In this document: positions 1-13,363 of the stretch, in pieces
How the letters are laid out: every line of letters starts with the position of its first letter
How positions within the stretch are numbered: the stretch's first letter is position 1
The notes under the pieces: model-generated
Told to the model about the DNA's origin: nothing
Databases searched by the model: none
Seen by the model: only the letters and a program-made list of their open reading frames with translations
NCBI GenBank assembly: GCA_032718475.1
Contig: JAUCBJ010007842.1
Span: forward strand, 22,754 to 86,753
Reading direction: 5' to 3'
DNA from: Nemertoderma westbladi
Taxonomy: Eukaryota; Animalia; Xenacoelomorpha
DNA: 64,000 nucleotides
Program-made: the position numbers and the translations under genes

Positions 1-237
1 TGTGGCTGTATGGGGAGGATATGTGGCTTGTGGGGAGGATATGTGGCTGTGTGGGGAGGATATGTGGCTGTGGGGAGGATATGTGGCTGTGTGGGGAGGA
101 TATGTGTCTATGTGGGGAGGATATGTGGCAGTTTGGGGAGGATATGTGGCTGTGTGGGGATGATATGTGGTTGTGGGGAGGATATGTGGCTGTATGGGGA
201 GGATATGTGGCTTGTGGGGAGGATATGTGGCTGTGTG
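1..237 (+). repeat. G-rich ~21-bp minisatellite (GGGGAGGATATGTGGCTGTGT), left part; begins before the window
   Basis: Directly visible tandem units with small indel variants. Confidence 0.95.
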
Positions 238-1763
238 GGGAGTAGATGGTGTTCCCCCTGAGGTCTTTAAAATACCTGAGTGTTTAAAGCTCATCTATCC
301 CATCATAGTAGACATGTACCGAACAACAAGAGTCCCACAAGAAATGAAAACAAATAAGTTGGTGCCAGTTCCCAAGAAGGGCAACCTAACACTCTATGGT
401 TCTTTTCGGGGAATCTCATTGATCTCGATTGCTGCAAAGCTATACAATAGGATTCTATTAAATCGCATCAGGGATCCCATTGAGAGACTGCTCCGTGGAA
501 ATCAGAATGGGTTCCGTAAAGGTCGTGGGACTATGGAGCCCATTTTGGCACTTAGAAGGATAATTGAAGAGTTATCAAAAAAGAAAGACAGGCATCTGGC
601 TGTTATCTTTGTTGACTTCTTCAAGGCCTTTAATTCAGTCTCTCGCTCACGTATGTTCAGCATACTTTCATTATATGGGATTCCTGATGAAATTATTGCA
701 GCAATCAGATCAGTATACGATGGTTCGACAACATTTGTGTCTACTGTTGACGGTGACACAGAACCATTTGAAGTGTTATGGGGCGTCCTCCAAGGAGACA
801 CACTTGCACCATTCTTGTTCATTATTGTGGTTGACTATGTTCTACGCATGTCCTTAGATCATCATAATGATGATGGGGTGATGATAACTCCACCTACTGG
901 CTCCAGAAGTCGAGGAAATCCTGCCAAGTACCTAACTGATCTAGACTTTGCTGATGACTTAGGAGTACTCTCAGAATCATTAGAGGGAGCCCAGCGGCTC
1001 CTCAGCTCATTAGAACATGCTGCTTCTAGTGTTGGTCTTTTTATTAACTCCAGAAAGACCAAAATTCTGACAGTTAACTTTGAAAGTCCTCAGCAAGTCT
1101 CTGATCGGATGAGCATAAGCTCAAAGGATGGTATGCTTGAGCATGTGGACGACTTCTGTTACCTGGGATCATGGATCCGGAAGTCAGGTGAGGACCTTCG
1201 AATACGTAAGGGAAAGGCATGGGCAGCCTTGAATAGGCTTTCCAGGATTTGGAAGTCACCTAGAATTAATCGGAAACTTAAGGTCCGATTATTTAGAGCA
1301 GCAGTAGTTCCAGTACTCCTCTACGGGAGTCCATGCTGGGCTCTAACTGCTGAGGACACCAAATCTCTGGATGGCACATTCACAAGAATGCTACGCCGGG
1401 TACATTGTGTCAAGTACAATGCACACATCTCCAACCAGACACTATATAACATTGGAGGTGTCTCATTGGTTCCCCCAAGCTTGACACTAGAACAAAATCG
1501 CCTCCGCTTTGCAGGACATTGCTTTCGCCGTGAGGACCAGCCAGTGCATAATCTTGTACTTTGGCAGCCTCATGGAGTGAATAAGCATGGTGGACAGCCC
1601 ATGACTTTCTTGAGACGCATCTTAAAGGACACTGGCCTTAAAGATGCGGATGATCTAGCAAATGTCATGGGTGATAGGGAGTTGTGGCGGTGCAATTTTG
1701 TTGACAAGCCGGCACAGCATTCTTAAAAATGCAGCTGCAATGCAGCATGCCGATCCTAGTAGT
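238..1763 (+). mobile_element. RTE-clade LINE family A, 5'-truncated copy with an open RT-to-stop frame, inserted in the minisatellite
   Basis: RT motifs QNGFRKGR, DFFKAFNSV, GVLQGDTLAPFLF, DLDFADD, FCYLGS and RTE-type C-terminus (RLRFAGHCFR). Short 3' UTR ends in TAGTAGTA. Nearly identical to 49057..50625. Confidence 0.95.
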
Positions 1764-1968
1764 AGGGAGGATATGTGGCTTGTGGGGAGGATATGTGGCT
1801 GTGTGGGGAGGATATGTGGCTGTGGGGAGGATATGTGGCTGTGTGGGGAGGATATTTGGCTATGTGGGGAGGATATGTGGCTGTGTGGGGAGGATATCTG
1901 GCTATGTGGGGAGGATATGTGGCTGTGTGGGGAGGATATGTTGCTGTGGGGAGGACATGTGGCTGTGG
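1764..1968 (+). repeat. Same ~21-bp G-rich minisatellite, right part
   Basis: The array resumes immediately after the LINE tail. Confidence 0.95.
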
Positions 1969-4113
1969 AGACCAACCCACGTCCACTGGCTCAACCCAAA
2001 GGAGTTCCCATAGACAGATTCAATGAATTGATTCATCGACTTTGGCGAATAATTCCAAGAAATCTAATTGGTTTGTGGAATTCGTTAGTTAAAATGTGAT
2101 GGTGAACTGAACATGCAATAATGAATGACAGCACTACAAGGCAAAGTAGACTGAGTTTAATTTTGGCGGACTAGGTTTTGGAAAACTGGTCACATGGTTA
2201 TACAGTAGCTAGCTAGAATATTTCTAAAAAATTTACGGGCAAAGATGTAACTATAGTCGATTGCCCAGAGTTGAGTTTGAGTTTTATTGAGGTTGAGTTT
2301 GAGCTTTATATTCATGGAATCGTAACCATGATGACGTTACCAGGCAACCAATTATACAGATATGATCAGATGTTTATCTCATGTTTTTGAATTAAATTTG
2401 CATTATTTACCAAAACCCAACCCTTAACTACAAAATTCCAAGTATAATTTCCACTCTGCAGTATTATTATTTCAAGATAACTATTTGATACCAACAACTC
2501 TTGATAGACAAAACACCCTATATCAGCGTTCAGTTTCATTTGTCGCCAACATTTTCGAGGCAAAACACCCTATAAAATCATTTCAGCATTTTTTAAGCTC
2601 CCAAATTACAAAAGTTATGTATCTCGAATTCGAAATTTTAAGTTAGTATATTTGGGTGACTTGCAGTTCAAATTCTAGTGTCCAGGCAGCAGTATAACAT
2701 ACTTATAGAAGAAAACGCGTTTCGTTAAATTACTCCAAAGACGATTTTTAGGAGATAGGGTATTTTGCCATAAGGCGGCAGAATTGTTTGACTACTTTTC
2801 TATTTTTTTTCCAACTTTTAATATTATTTTGAAACTCCCCGTCCATACCCCCTCACTACCCACTCATTGTATAAACCGAGTGAACTAATGTCAATCATTT
2901 TGTATTATAATCTAATGGTTGGCATTCTGTGTCATACTTGCTTCTATGTAGAATACAATGCAATGTCTTGTTTTCTTCTTGATTCTCGGAAATTCATCCT
3001 GAAATTATAAGCTATCTGAGGCAGAATCCAGTGCAGTAAGTAGGAACGTTTATTTGTGCCAAGCTGTGAATTTTATCGATTTTCTGAAATAGTGTAACAC
3101 GTGTAACACATTCCTGCGTTAACATATATACAGTTAATAGTTATAGCATAATAATATTTCAAGTGATATGTTCAAGTGTTAGGTTATCATGTGTTGATAT
3201 GGGTTAGGTTACCACGTGGGAGTCGGAGTATGTAATGTCTTACAGCGCCCATGTGAAGAATACCAGGATTTCACTTTTCGGTCGACTTTTTATTGGAATT
3301 TTATATATGAAGTTTTTTTTTTTTTTTTTATTAAGTGTTTTATAGCGCTTATTTCTGTCTTATAAAAAAAAAGGGCCGTGACATCTGACACACCCGTAAC
3401 GTTTAACTAAAAACCTCAATTAGATTGCATGAAAGTTAAAAAACGAAGATAATTTGACCTCACATACCTTGCGTGGTTTATTATTTTCCTTCACAAGCTT
3501 TTGCAAAGGGTGTCTCCTTCATTAATTAACCATATTGTACTGAGAGATTGCACTATAAAGAGAGTAACCGTTGTTTATTGTTTATCTTGTCCTTTTTTGA
3601 CGGGTAATATGTTGGTGAGTTGTTTATTTGCTGGGGTGAGCTATTCAATAATTTGAAAGTGATTGTGAAAGTTGTTCTGCATAACATGACGACGAAACCC
3701 GCTGCGGTCGGTTTTGCTAATTGTTGTTAAGTGTATTTTATACGCACGCTGAAGCCAGTTTATTTAGTTTATCATCAATCGCATTGATTAGCGCTAGTTT
3801 GTGGTGCTGCTTCCCAGTGTTTGTTTACGCGTCTCCTTTCATTACCACTTTTTATATCTTTGTGCCTTCATTCTAGGGTCATTCCTTGGCTTTGTCTTCT
3901 CCTTGAGAAAGCCTTTAGTTGCGGTTTGAATCCGAAATCTACTCGCAGCTGTTTCTGATACCGTCAGTTGGTACTGATTACTGGGTCACATTTTGTTTTA
4001 GTTTGTCATCTGCTGTCGCTGTGTACATAGATATATACAGACATGGATTTATTAATGTTAACTTTTTATATTATTTAGATTTTACCAATTAGTTCCCCTT
4101 GCCTTATTTTTAG

Positions 4114-4488
<375 letters not shown>

Positions 4489-5001
4489 TAGTGATTTAAC
4501 TTGCAGTTCCCGTAATGTAATGTAATTTTAGATCAAGAACTAATGATTTGGTGTAAACTGTCTTTTTTAAGGAGTACACGTGTTTGTATGAAACTGTGTG
4601 GGTAAATTTTTTCTTAAGAGTTAGGGAACCATCACCCGCCCCCAATGAATGTGATATTTTCGAAAGTTTATTTCATTTTGAACAAAAATTTCATATTTTT
4701 TTGTAGTTTGTTAGAAGGGCTTTAGTGGTGACATTGGTTTTCACCATCGATAGATTTTATTACCACAAAACAGCTCTTTTCAAAATTAGAAATTTTTGAA
4801 AATATTGTCCAAAAATCCACATAATATTTGTGTAAACAAGAATAACAGTATTTATGGCTAATTTTCATGTCTCTTTCTCTAAATCACTACATTCCCACTA
4901 TAAAACTACCTTTTTCTCAGTTTGTCGATTTTGACATTTTTCACCACTAAATTCCCTACTACTTTTCAGTCAATTTTTATCAAACAGATAACCAAAATAT
5001 T

Positions 5002-5078
5002 CAGTAGCTTTATGGCTACACAGTAGCTTTAGGGCAACACAGTAGCTTTATGGCTACACAGTAGCTTTAGGGCTACAA
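5002..5078 (+). repeat. 19-bp tandem repeat x4 (CAGTAGCTTTA[T/G]GGCTACA)
   Basis: Directly visible. Confidence 0.85.
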
Positions 5079-5270
5079 TCGTGAGTAATGGTTTTGTAAA
5101 ACATGGTAATTTGGAGGTTCTAGACCCGATTTTGCAACTCTTTGTTTATCTCAAAAATAAGATCCTCCCTCATGATATAGTCCGAACATGCTAAAGCTCC
5201 CATAAAGTTTTCAAAAACAATAATTTCAAACTTAATTTTTCAGAAAAGGTTGCCTGTCTGCATATTAGTG

Positions 5271-5703
5271 TTTAAACGGGATCAGGCTTTTCGATATTTC
5301 CGGAATCGGAACCGGGATTATCACTCTCGGGATCCCGTTTTTCAGGATCGCGATTGCAATTCTGTATTAGATTTCCTTAAAGCTATTAGTATTTATTTAG
5401 TATGTGGCGGGTTTTGGGTAACACTCACTTTATCTTACACTTCCGAAATATTATTAAATAATAAAATAATATTATTAAAATTATTTTGCAATTGATTACT
5501 GGATGGTTTACTGACTTACAACTTCGTTATAATCAAAACATTTCGGTTCTGCTGCAACTATTTATCAGATATGCAACAAATTTACTTCACTATTTATACT
5601 TTGGGATCCCGGTCCAAAAAAGTCGGGACCGGGACCGGGATCGGGATCGGGATTGAATTTTTCGCCGGGATCCCGGTTTTTCGGGATCGGGATCCCGTTT
5701 AAA
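5271..5703. mobile_element. MITE-like element with TTTAAACGGGATC / GATCCCGTTTAAA inverted ends and CGGGAT subrepeats
   Basis: 13-bp terminal inverted match, GC-rich subterminal repeats and an AT-rich core. Confidence 0.6.
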
Positions 5704-5773
5704 GTCGACATGTCTTTTGTGCCAAAATCTTGGCCCGAGAATCAATAAGGTGGTAATACTGATCCTTCTAGTT

Positions 5774-5990
5774 GTAACAGAGTTGTGTATGTTAGCGAAC
5801 CAAAACACTAAGGCCTAGTAGTGGGTCATGTTAGTCATTGCTGCACAGAGTAACAGAGTTGTGTATGTTAGCGAAGCAAAACACTAAGGCCTAGTAGTGG
5901 GTCATGTTAGTCATTGCTGCACAGAGTAACAGAGTTGTGTATGTTAGTTAGCGAACCAAAACCCCAAAGGCTTAGTAGTGGAGTGGGTCA
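5774..5990 (+). repeat. ~76-bp tandem repeat, about 3 copies, the last interrupted by the next element
   Basis: GTAACAGAGTTGTGTATGTTAGCGAA...GTGGGTCATG is repeated. Confidence 0.85.
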
Positions 5991-6105
5991 TGTGGGGCGA
6001 GCCACGAAGTTGGCGGAGCCTTAGCGAATTGACACTGTTAGGGGGTGGGTCAATTTATGCAAATAGTTGTCGTCGTCGTTGTCGTCGTCGTCGTCGTCGT
6101 CGTTG

Positions 6106-6137
<32 letters not shown>

Positions 6138-7324
6138 GTCGTCGTCGTCGTTACGATTTTGACATGCTAATAACTTTGTCGGATTTAAAGCTGCCAAGTT
6201 GAAAATTTGTAGGTATCAATATGAGCAAAAGTTGAGATTTTTGAGAGACTTTCAGACACCATCAGTGCAATGGTCTCCCGCTAGAGGGCCACATGTCTAA
6301 ACATTAAATGCCCTCCCATTTCTTTGCTTTTAATCCGTTTAAGCTGAAACTTGGCAGATATGTATTAGACCATTAGCTGTGACTTTCAAAGGAGGCGAAT
6401 CCATCTGCAGTTCTCCAGTCTGCCGCTAGAGGGCCAAAGGTCTGAAAGTGAAATCGTTGTCGTCGTTACGATTTTGACATGCTAATAACTTTGTCGGATT
6501 TAAAGCTGCCAAGTTGAAAATTTCTAGGTATCAATATGAGCTAAAGTTGAGATTTTTGAGAGACTTTCAGACACCATCAGTGCAATGGTCTCCCGCTAGA
6601 GGGCCACATGTCTAAACATTAAATGCCCTCCCATTTCTTTGCTTTTAATCCGTTTAAGCTGAAACTTGGCAGATATGTATTAGACCATTAGCTGTGACTT
6701 TCAAAGGAGGCGAATCCATCTGCAGTTCTCCAGTCTGCCGCTAGAGGGCCAAATGTCTGAAAGTGAAATCGTTGTCGTCGTTATGATATTGACATGCTTA
6801 TAACTTTGTCGAATTTAAAGCTGCCAAGTTGAAAATTTGTTTTGTTGAAAATCAGTTCAACAGTCACCCGCTATAGGACTACTTTATGCCTGAAAGTGAA
6901 TAGATTCTCCCGTCTCATTGATTTTAATCAGTTTAAGCTGAATCTTGCCATATATTCTGGACCACATGCTGCGTCTTTGTGGGGGGGGGGGGGGGGGGGG
7001 GAGAGATTTAATCGGTCTGCCGCTATACGACGAAATTTCTGAAAGTGAGATCCGTCTCTCATTTCGTTATCCGTTATTCAAGATGAAACTTGGCCGATGT
7101 ACGTATGTACTATTCATCCATAGGCTGTGTCTTTGTGGGGCTGGAGACCCTAATCCATCTTCAGTTCTCACTATACCGCTAGAGTCAGAAATGTCTGAAT
7201 AGAAATGAAAGAGGTAAAAAGTGATTAGGCGAAATCTGCTTAAAATTTGCTAATACAGTAATACTTTCGAATTAGTACTTAAATTAAATTTAAGTCACGT
7301 GCTGCGCGAAGGCCCCACTTCGTG
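5991..7324 (+). mobile_element. Helentron/Helitron2-like non-autonomous element (HINE/DINE-like) in the MLK intron, with a (GTC)n microsatellite and 315-bp tandem units
   Basis: 5' TGTGGGGCGAGCCACGAAG and 3' CGTGCTGCGCGAAGGCCCCACTTCGTG ends are shared with other copies in the window. Unit starts at 6151, 6466 and 6781. Confidence 0.75.
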
Positions 7325-7380
7325 TTAATTCATGTATTCATTCACACTTTCCTAACTCTTTGTTTACATCTGTTGCCTAG

Positions 7381-9009
7381 GAGAAGGAGTTGCGGTGCCG
7401 CGAAGAGGAGTTGGACGCGATGCTGATTCAGCATAAGAATCAGGAGCGGAATCTACGGATGAAGGAAGAAGAATTGGCCGCAAGAGAGATCGATCTGCTG
7501 GAAAGAGAACTTAATGTCCTTATCCTACAGCAGGATGAAAAACCCGAACCAAGGAAAAGGCGCGGCAAATTCAAAAAGAGTCGATTGAAACTCAAAGGCG
7601 GTTCTAAGATAGGAATACCTTTAGACTTTCAGCACAAGATAACTGTTCGTAGCACGCAATCCCAATACCGCGGCTGGCATTATCGGACAGTGAGTGGGTA
7701 CCCGGGGTACAGCGGGGGCCCCCCCGGGACCACCCCCGAGTCGCCCCCCTCGTCCCCCTGCGTCCTCCGAGCCATCGCGCTCCAGCAACCCAGTCGCCCG
7801 CCCCGCAAGGGCCGCACCTGGGCGCCCGGACACCAGCACCGGCCGCGCCCGGACGTCCGGGTGGTGAGCAGCGCCCCCTCGCAGTGGTCCACCTCGGCGC
7901 CCAACCTGCTGATCGCCCCGGGGGGCGCCGCCCACTGGGGGCCCCCCCCGGAAGCCCCCTCCGAGACGACCCCCCAGTACTTCGATCTGCCCCCCCTGCA
8001 GGAGTCAGAACGGACGTCCAGCCCGGTGAAGAAACTCAAGAAGGTTCACGAACTCGGGTTGGGCGGGATGGCCGCCATGTTGGCCGGCGTGGGCGTTGGC
8101 GGCGACATGCGGGTCTACAGTCCGCTGTACAACCCGCCCCCCAACGGTCCCGGGGCAACGGGCGATCAACCGAAACAGACGCAGCACAGACGGCTCTACA
8201 CAATGGCGAAACGCCACGCCCAACGCAGTCTCGGTGGCATTGTAGCGCACCGCCCGCCACCCAGCCCTGCGCCGCCGCCGCCGCCTTCCAATCTACCGTT
8301 AGGCGCCGCCTCGATGGATCTACGTAGACGCGTGGACCCCTTGTTGCCCGGCAACCCGCACTCGGTCCTGCAGCGTCACGGCTCCTTAGACACCTCCGAA
8401 GCGACGACCTGCGGCGCCCCCTACCGACAGGAACACACACAGAGTATCGGCTCCTTCCAGTACATCAGCAGCTCCTCGATCAGCCCAATGACCCCGAGTC
8501 CGGGGCCCCCCGTACCTAATCCGGGTCCGCTCATGCCGCACCCGACTCCGCCTAGACGCCTGAGTCTCGGACCCAACCACCGTCCTGCGACTCTAAACAT
8601 CCCGCGTTACAGGTCTGGTGGCGGCGCTAGCTCCTCATCGATAGACTCGCCCAGTACCGCGGAGACTAGTCTGCTAGACAGGAGCCGGTCGGTCCCTTTC
8701 CCGCTGGCCGGCTCATTAGCCACTCCGCAGACAAGCGGACAGTCAACTCGGACTAGAACACCCCGTCAAAGCGACTCACATGCCGGTCAGGTAGTTGAGG
8801 GTTTGTCCGGTGTTGAGTCGAGTTGCGGTAAACCCGCAGTGAGTGAGACAGCCAACGCGCTCCCGGCTACCTCTCTACTAGTAACTGCGTCGGATATAGC
8901 GGTGCAGGCAGCCACACACCAACAACAGGTACCCATAGTAAAGCTAAGTAAACCCAAGTTGCGACCAAGTCTGGTTGACTTCAGAACGGAGAGTGGTGAT
9001 GGTTTGTAG
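7381..9009 (+). CDS. MLK: MLK terminal coding exon: leucine zippers, basic region, CRIB motif, Pro/Ser-rich tail
   Basis: Acceptor cctag|GAG at 7380/7381 joins in phase 0 to give DLRLK|EKELRCREEEL. Also LAAREIDLLEREL, KPEPRKRRGKFKKSRLK and CRIB-like IGIPLDFQHKITV. TAG stop at 9007-9009. Confidence 0.92.
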   Translation, partial: EKELRCREEELDAMLIQHKNQERNLRMKEEELAAREIDLLERELNVLILQQDEKPEPRKRRGKFKKSRLKLKGGSKIGIPLDFQHKITVRSTQSQYRGWHYRTVSGYPGYSGGPPGTTPESPPSSPCVLRAIALQQPSRPPRKGRTWAPGHQHRPRPDVRVVSSAPSQWSTSAPNLLIAPGGAAHWGPPPEAPSETTPQYFDLPPLQESERTSSPVKKLKKVHELGLGGMAAMLAGVGVGGDMRVYSPLYNPPPNGPGATGDQPKQTQHRRLYTMAKRHAQRSLGGIVAHRPPPSPAPPPPPSNLPLGAASMDLRRRVDPLLPGNPHSVLQRHGSLDTSEATTCGAPYRQEHTQSIGSFQYISSSSISPMTPSPGPPVPNPGPLMPHPTPPRRLSLGPNHRPATLNIPRYRSGGGASSSSIDSPSTAETSLLDRSRSVPFPLAGSLATPQTSGQSTRTRTPRQSDSHAGQVVEGLSGVESSCGKPAVSETANALPATSLLVTASDIAVQAATHQQQVPIVKLSKPKLRPSLVDFRTESGDGL

Positions 9010-9339
9010 ATGAGATAAAGTTGTAAAATGTAACTAAAGTCTTCTTGTTTTGTTTATATTGTATTTTATTTTGTGCTTTTCAAGACAAAGTCAATTGTTT
9101 CTTTATCTTAATATTATCTGTACATCATGGACTTTTCCCTACATATTGGATAAAGGTATGAATGTGATAATATTGTAATACTTCATTATTTTTGCAAAAT
9201 TTGAACTAAAATAGAAAAAAACAGCAAAATAGAATTTTTCATACTTAGGTAATTAATAACAATGGTTACATTATTATAAAAAATACATTTATGTAAAAGT
9301 ACGTACGTAACGTACGAGTTAGTTATGTACACTGAAATT

Positions 9340-9345
9340 AATAAA
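9340..9345 (+). promoter_or_regulatory. Candidate polyadenylation signal of the MLK gene
   Basis: AATAAA about 330 nt after the stop in an AT-rich 3' UTR. Confidence 0.4.
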
Positions 9346-9771
9346 AGCAGCTTCCCTCATTCAATTCAATTTGTTAATATTTTCTGCACTCCAGCTTAAA
9401 GCAATTCTGATCTTTTTATAAAGCGCGTATTACATAATGAAGTAGATCCGTATTTGTTTTGACAAGTCCCGCTTATATATTTTTATTTGTGCAACATATG
9501 TCATTCCATATTCGCAGTTCTTATTATTTTGTCTCTGTATTTGGAAGGGCCAATTTTAACTTTGAGTTTGACCTTTGACCTCTGACATTTGATTATCTGT
9601 TATTTTATTCGTACTTTTTTCAACTTTTGTTCGTATTTATTTGGATTCTAGTCTGACACTATGGTGATGTTGTTTACTGATGGAGTTAGATTAGTGTACC
9701 TTTTCGGGTCATGATCACATATCACTGAACCTGATCGCGGGTTAATGACGCGGTGGTAATGAGATAAAACA

Positions 9772-10340
9772 TTCGAATACGTAGGGAAAGGCATGGGCAG
9801 CCTTGAATAGGCTTTCCAGGATTTGGCCAAGAATCACCAAGAATTAATCGGAAACTTAAGGTCCGATTATTTAGAGCAGCAGTAGTTCCAGTACTCCTCT
9901 ATGGGAGTCCATGCTGGGCTCTAACTGCTGAGGACACCAAATCTCTGGATGGCACATTCACAAGAATGCTACGCCGGGTTCATTGTGTCAAGTACAATGC
10001 ACACATCTCCAACCAGACACTATATAACATTGGAGGTGTCTCATTGGTTCCCCCAAGCTTGACACTAGAACAAAATCGCCTCCGCTTTGCAGGACATTGC
10101 TTTCGCCGTGAGGACCAACCAGTGCATAATCTTGTACTTAGGCAGCCTCATGGAGTGAATAAGCATGGTGGACAGCCCATGACTTTCTTGAGACGCATCT
10201 TAAAGGACACTGGCCTTGAAGATGCGGATGATCTAGCAAATGTCATGGGTGATAGGGAGTTGTGGCGGCGCAATTTTCTCGACAAGCCGGCACAGCATTC
10301 TTAAAAATGCAGCTGCAATGCAGCATGCCGATCCTAGTAG
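9772..10340 (+). mobile_element. RTE family A, short 3' fragment with TAGTAG tail
   Basis: Near-identical to 1197..1763. Confidence 0.93.
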
Positions 10341-11749
10341 GGTTAATGTACTTGATCGCGGTTAACTCCGGTTCATTGATACACTTCGCGCTGACATCAA
10401 TCAATCAATCATCTATAATCAATCACAGTGTTTTGGTTTTTGGTTACACCGCTGTGAAAACGCCGTGGTAGAGCTGTCAAAGTGCGTTCAAAATGCGATG
10501 CAAAACCATGGAGCTGTCACTGCGAAGTATATCCTTGAACTGGGCTTTAGTATAATCGCTTGTTAGTGTACCTATTGGGTGGAGCGATCACATGATCACG
10601 TGGTAGTGTACCTAGTCTTGAATTAGTGTCCATAATCTCGCGTTTATGTACCCATGGTACCGAGACAGTGTCACTGATGACATGTTGGTGTACCAATGGT
10701 CTCTAGTCAGTCAGTACATGATCATGTGTTTGTGTTCCTGATCTGAGTTTGTAACTACCTATATGTTAGTCGACCAGCGTCTTATGCTTTAGTGCGCATG
10801 ATATCATCATAATGTTCCTTTTTTGTGCTTCAGTATAACTCGAAGTTCCCTTTCTCCGCAACCATTCTGGTACTTGTAGTTTTCTATCATTTCTTATAGT
10901 GGGTTTGCTGACATTCCTTTATCTTCACTATGTCGTGCTAATTATGAAATTGAAACTAATTTTTAATTTCGTTCGTTTGTTGCAGTTCTGGAATCGTTTT
11001 ATTTTTTCGCACACGATTGCAATTAACTTTTTAGTCATTTTTTTCTTTTACGTAATAATTTGTAAATCATGGCAGTTCTATAATTTATTGTTTTTAATCG
11101 AATGGATTTAGTCGGTTCCATTGTAAAGTTAGCTCATAGAACTGTAAAGTCTCATTACTGAGCTTAAAAACTCACAGCTGAGAGTTAATGGCGCAAAATA
11201 ACCGCAAAGGTCAAATATGAGGTTGAGTGGGTTTTTAAACGTAATTTAATTTAAAACATTAAGGGGAAGGATTTACAGGTTGGATGTTTTCTAACCAAAA
11301 CAATAAACAAAGAGCTCTTCGTTTCATATTCGTGAAACACATACCCAATAATCGTGGCGACGGGAATGTTCCAATTTTGGAGTATACGGTCCGTAATAAT
11401 AGCCTATGTGGTTTTAGGGGGCGTTCATAAAATATTAACTCAAATTATTAATAGTTAATTGCGAACACCCAAATGACGCACATATGATTTATTATTTACT
11501 TTCAATTTGGAAACTTAGTTTATTATTTATGTTTTTCACCTTGCCGAACATCTTGCTTTCTTACAATTCGTATAAAAATTGTCTTTTTGGTGCTTTTTGA
11601 GTTTGTGTTCTACCATAGATTAGTCTTGTGTGTTGTGCTTATTCTGATTATATAAGTTTGTATATCTGTACATACATACGTACTAGCACTACATGCGAAC
11701 ATTCATTCTAGGGCATATTGTTGTGTGTATTTCCAGAAATGGTTATAGA

Positions 11750-12660
11750 ACAGGACACTATACTCTAAATGTGTCCGGTTCTGCACACTACGTGTGTCCA
11801 GTTCTGTACACTAAATATAACCGGTTCTGTACACTAAATGTAACCGGTTCTGTACACTAAATATTACCAGTTCTGTACACTAAATGTAACCGGTTCAGTA
11901 CACTAAATGTAACCGGTTCAGTACACTAAATGTGTCCGGTTCAGTACACTAAATGTATCCGGTTCAGTACACTAAATGTGTCCAGTTCTATACACTAAAT
12001 GTATCCAGTTCTATACACCAAATGTGTCCAGTTCTATACACCAAATGTGTCCGGTTCAGTACACTAAATGTGTCCGGTTCAGTACACTAAATATGTCCAG
12101 TTCTATACACCAAATGTGTTCGGTTTAGTACACTAAATGTGTCCAGTTCTATACACTAAATGTGTCCAGTTCTATACACCAAATGTGTCCGGTTCAGTAC
12201 ACTAAATGTATCCGGTTCAGTACACTAAATATGTCCAGTTCTATACACCAAATGTGTTCGGTTTAGTACACTAAATGTGTCCAGTTCTATACACTAAATG
12301 TGTCCAGTTCTATACACCAATGTGTCCGGTTCAGTACACTAAATGTGTCCAGTTCTATACACCAAATGTGTCCGGTTCAGTACACTAAATGTGTCCGGTT
12401 CAGTACACTAAATGTGTCCGGTTCAGTACACTAAATGTGTCCGGTTCAGTACACTAAATGTGTCCGGTTCAGTACACTAAATGTGTCCGGTTCAGTACAC
12501 TAAATGTGTCCGGTTCAGTACACTAAATGTGTCCGGTTCAGTACACTAAATGTGTCCGGTTCAGTACACTAAATGTGTCCGGTTCAGTACACTAAATGTG
12601 TCCGGTTCAGTACACTAAATGTAACCCGTTCTGTACACTAAATGTATCCGGATCTTTACA
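11750..12660 (+). repeat. 23-bp minisatellite (CCGGTTCAGTACACTAAATGTGT), about 39 copies
   Basis: Directly visible. The right half is homogeneous and the left half carries variant units. Confidence 0.95.
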
Positions 12661-13363
12661 GTACTTTGTTTTAATCGTTGTCTTCTATAACCCAATAACT
12701 TGCCTTTTTTCTTTCTTTTTTTCGCATCTAATGTAGTTAGTAAGTTAATTTGTTTAATTCTACGTATTGGGTCACACAGTGCTTGATGCCCTAAATAACC
12801 CCTTTGCGTTGAAGTCTATGTCTTTACTGGCCGTTTACATTGTATAATGTGTTCCCATAGCCCCATATTGTTGTTCCTATTAAGTGTACTCGAACACTGA
12901 AGCGTGGTATGCTTTTATTGAACGCCGTTAGCTATAATTTGCTAGAAGACATTTGGGACAAACTTATCGTAGTTTGAATGACAATCGATTACTTAGGAAT
13001 TTTATAATCGATTTAAGATATTTCCATATTTTGGACGTCTTTTGTGGCAGAACAAATAATTTTATCAAGATATTCTATCGGTTTCTAGTTAATATTCTTA
13101 ATTTAAAATTTTATAGTGCCAATTTTTTAATGTATGCTGCCAATTTCCAATTAATTTCTTATTCATTATGATTAAGAAGTAAGACTTTATTATTCAAAGC
13201 GTTAAAACCAATTATTGCATTCTACAATTAATTATGTAAACATCTAATATCTATCTATATTGCATTTCAAAAGTCAATAATTGTTTACTATTTGGGAAAA
13301 AAGTAGAACTTTTTCTCACTATTATCGAGGTATTTCTATTTTGTATTCCAAATATTATTCTTA

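Noticed and set aside
167-1726. 519-aa ORF as a novel RT fusion gene
   Set aside because: The N-terminus is translated minisatellite. The rest is a 5'-truncated LINE lacking the endonuclease and carrying AFDSV to AFNSV.
5978-6202. Protamine-like Arg-rich ORF
   Set aside because: Translation of a (GTC)n microsatellite inside a transposon.
7621-8580. Overlapping and antisense ORFs in the MLK last exon
   Set aside because: Expected by-products of GC-rich coding sequence, with no recognisable domains.
11750-12660. CRISPR-like 23-bp repeat
   Set aside because: No spacers; an ordinary minisatellite.
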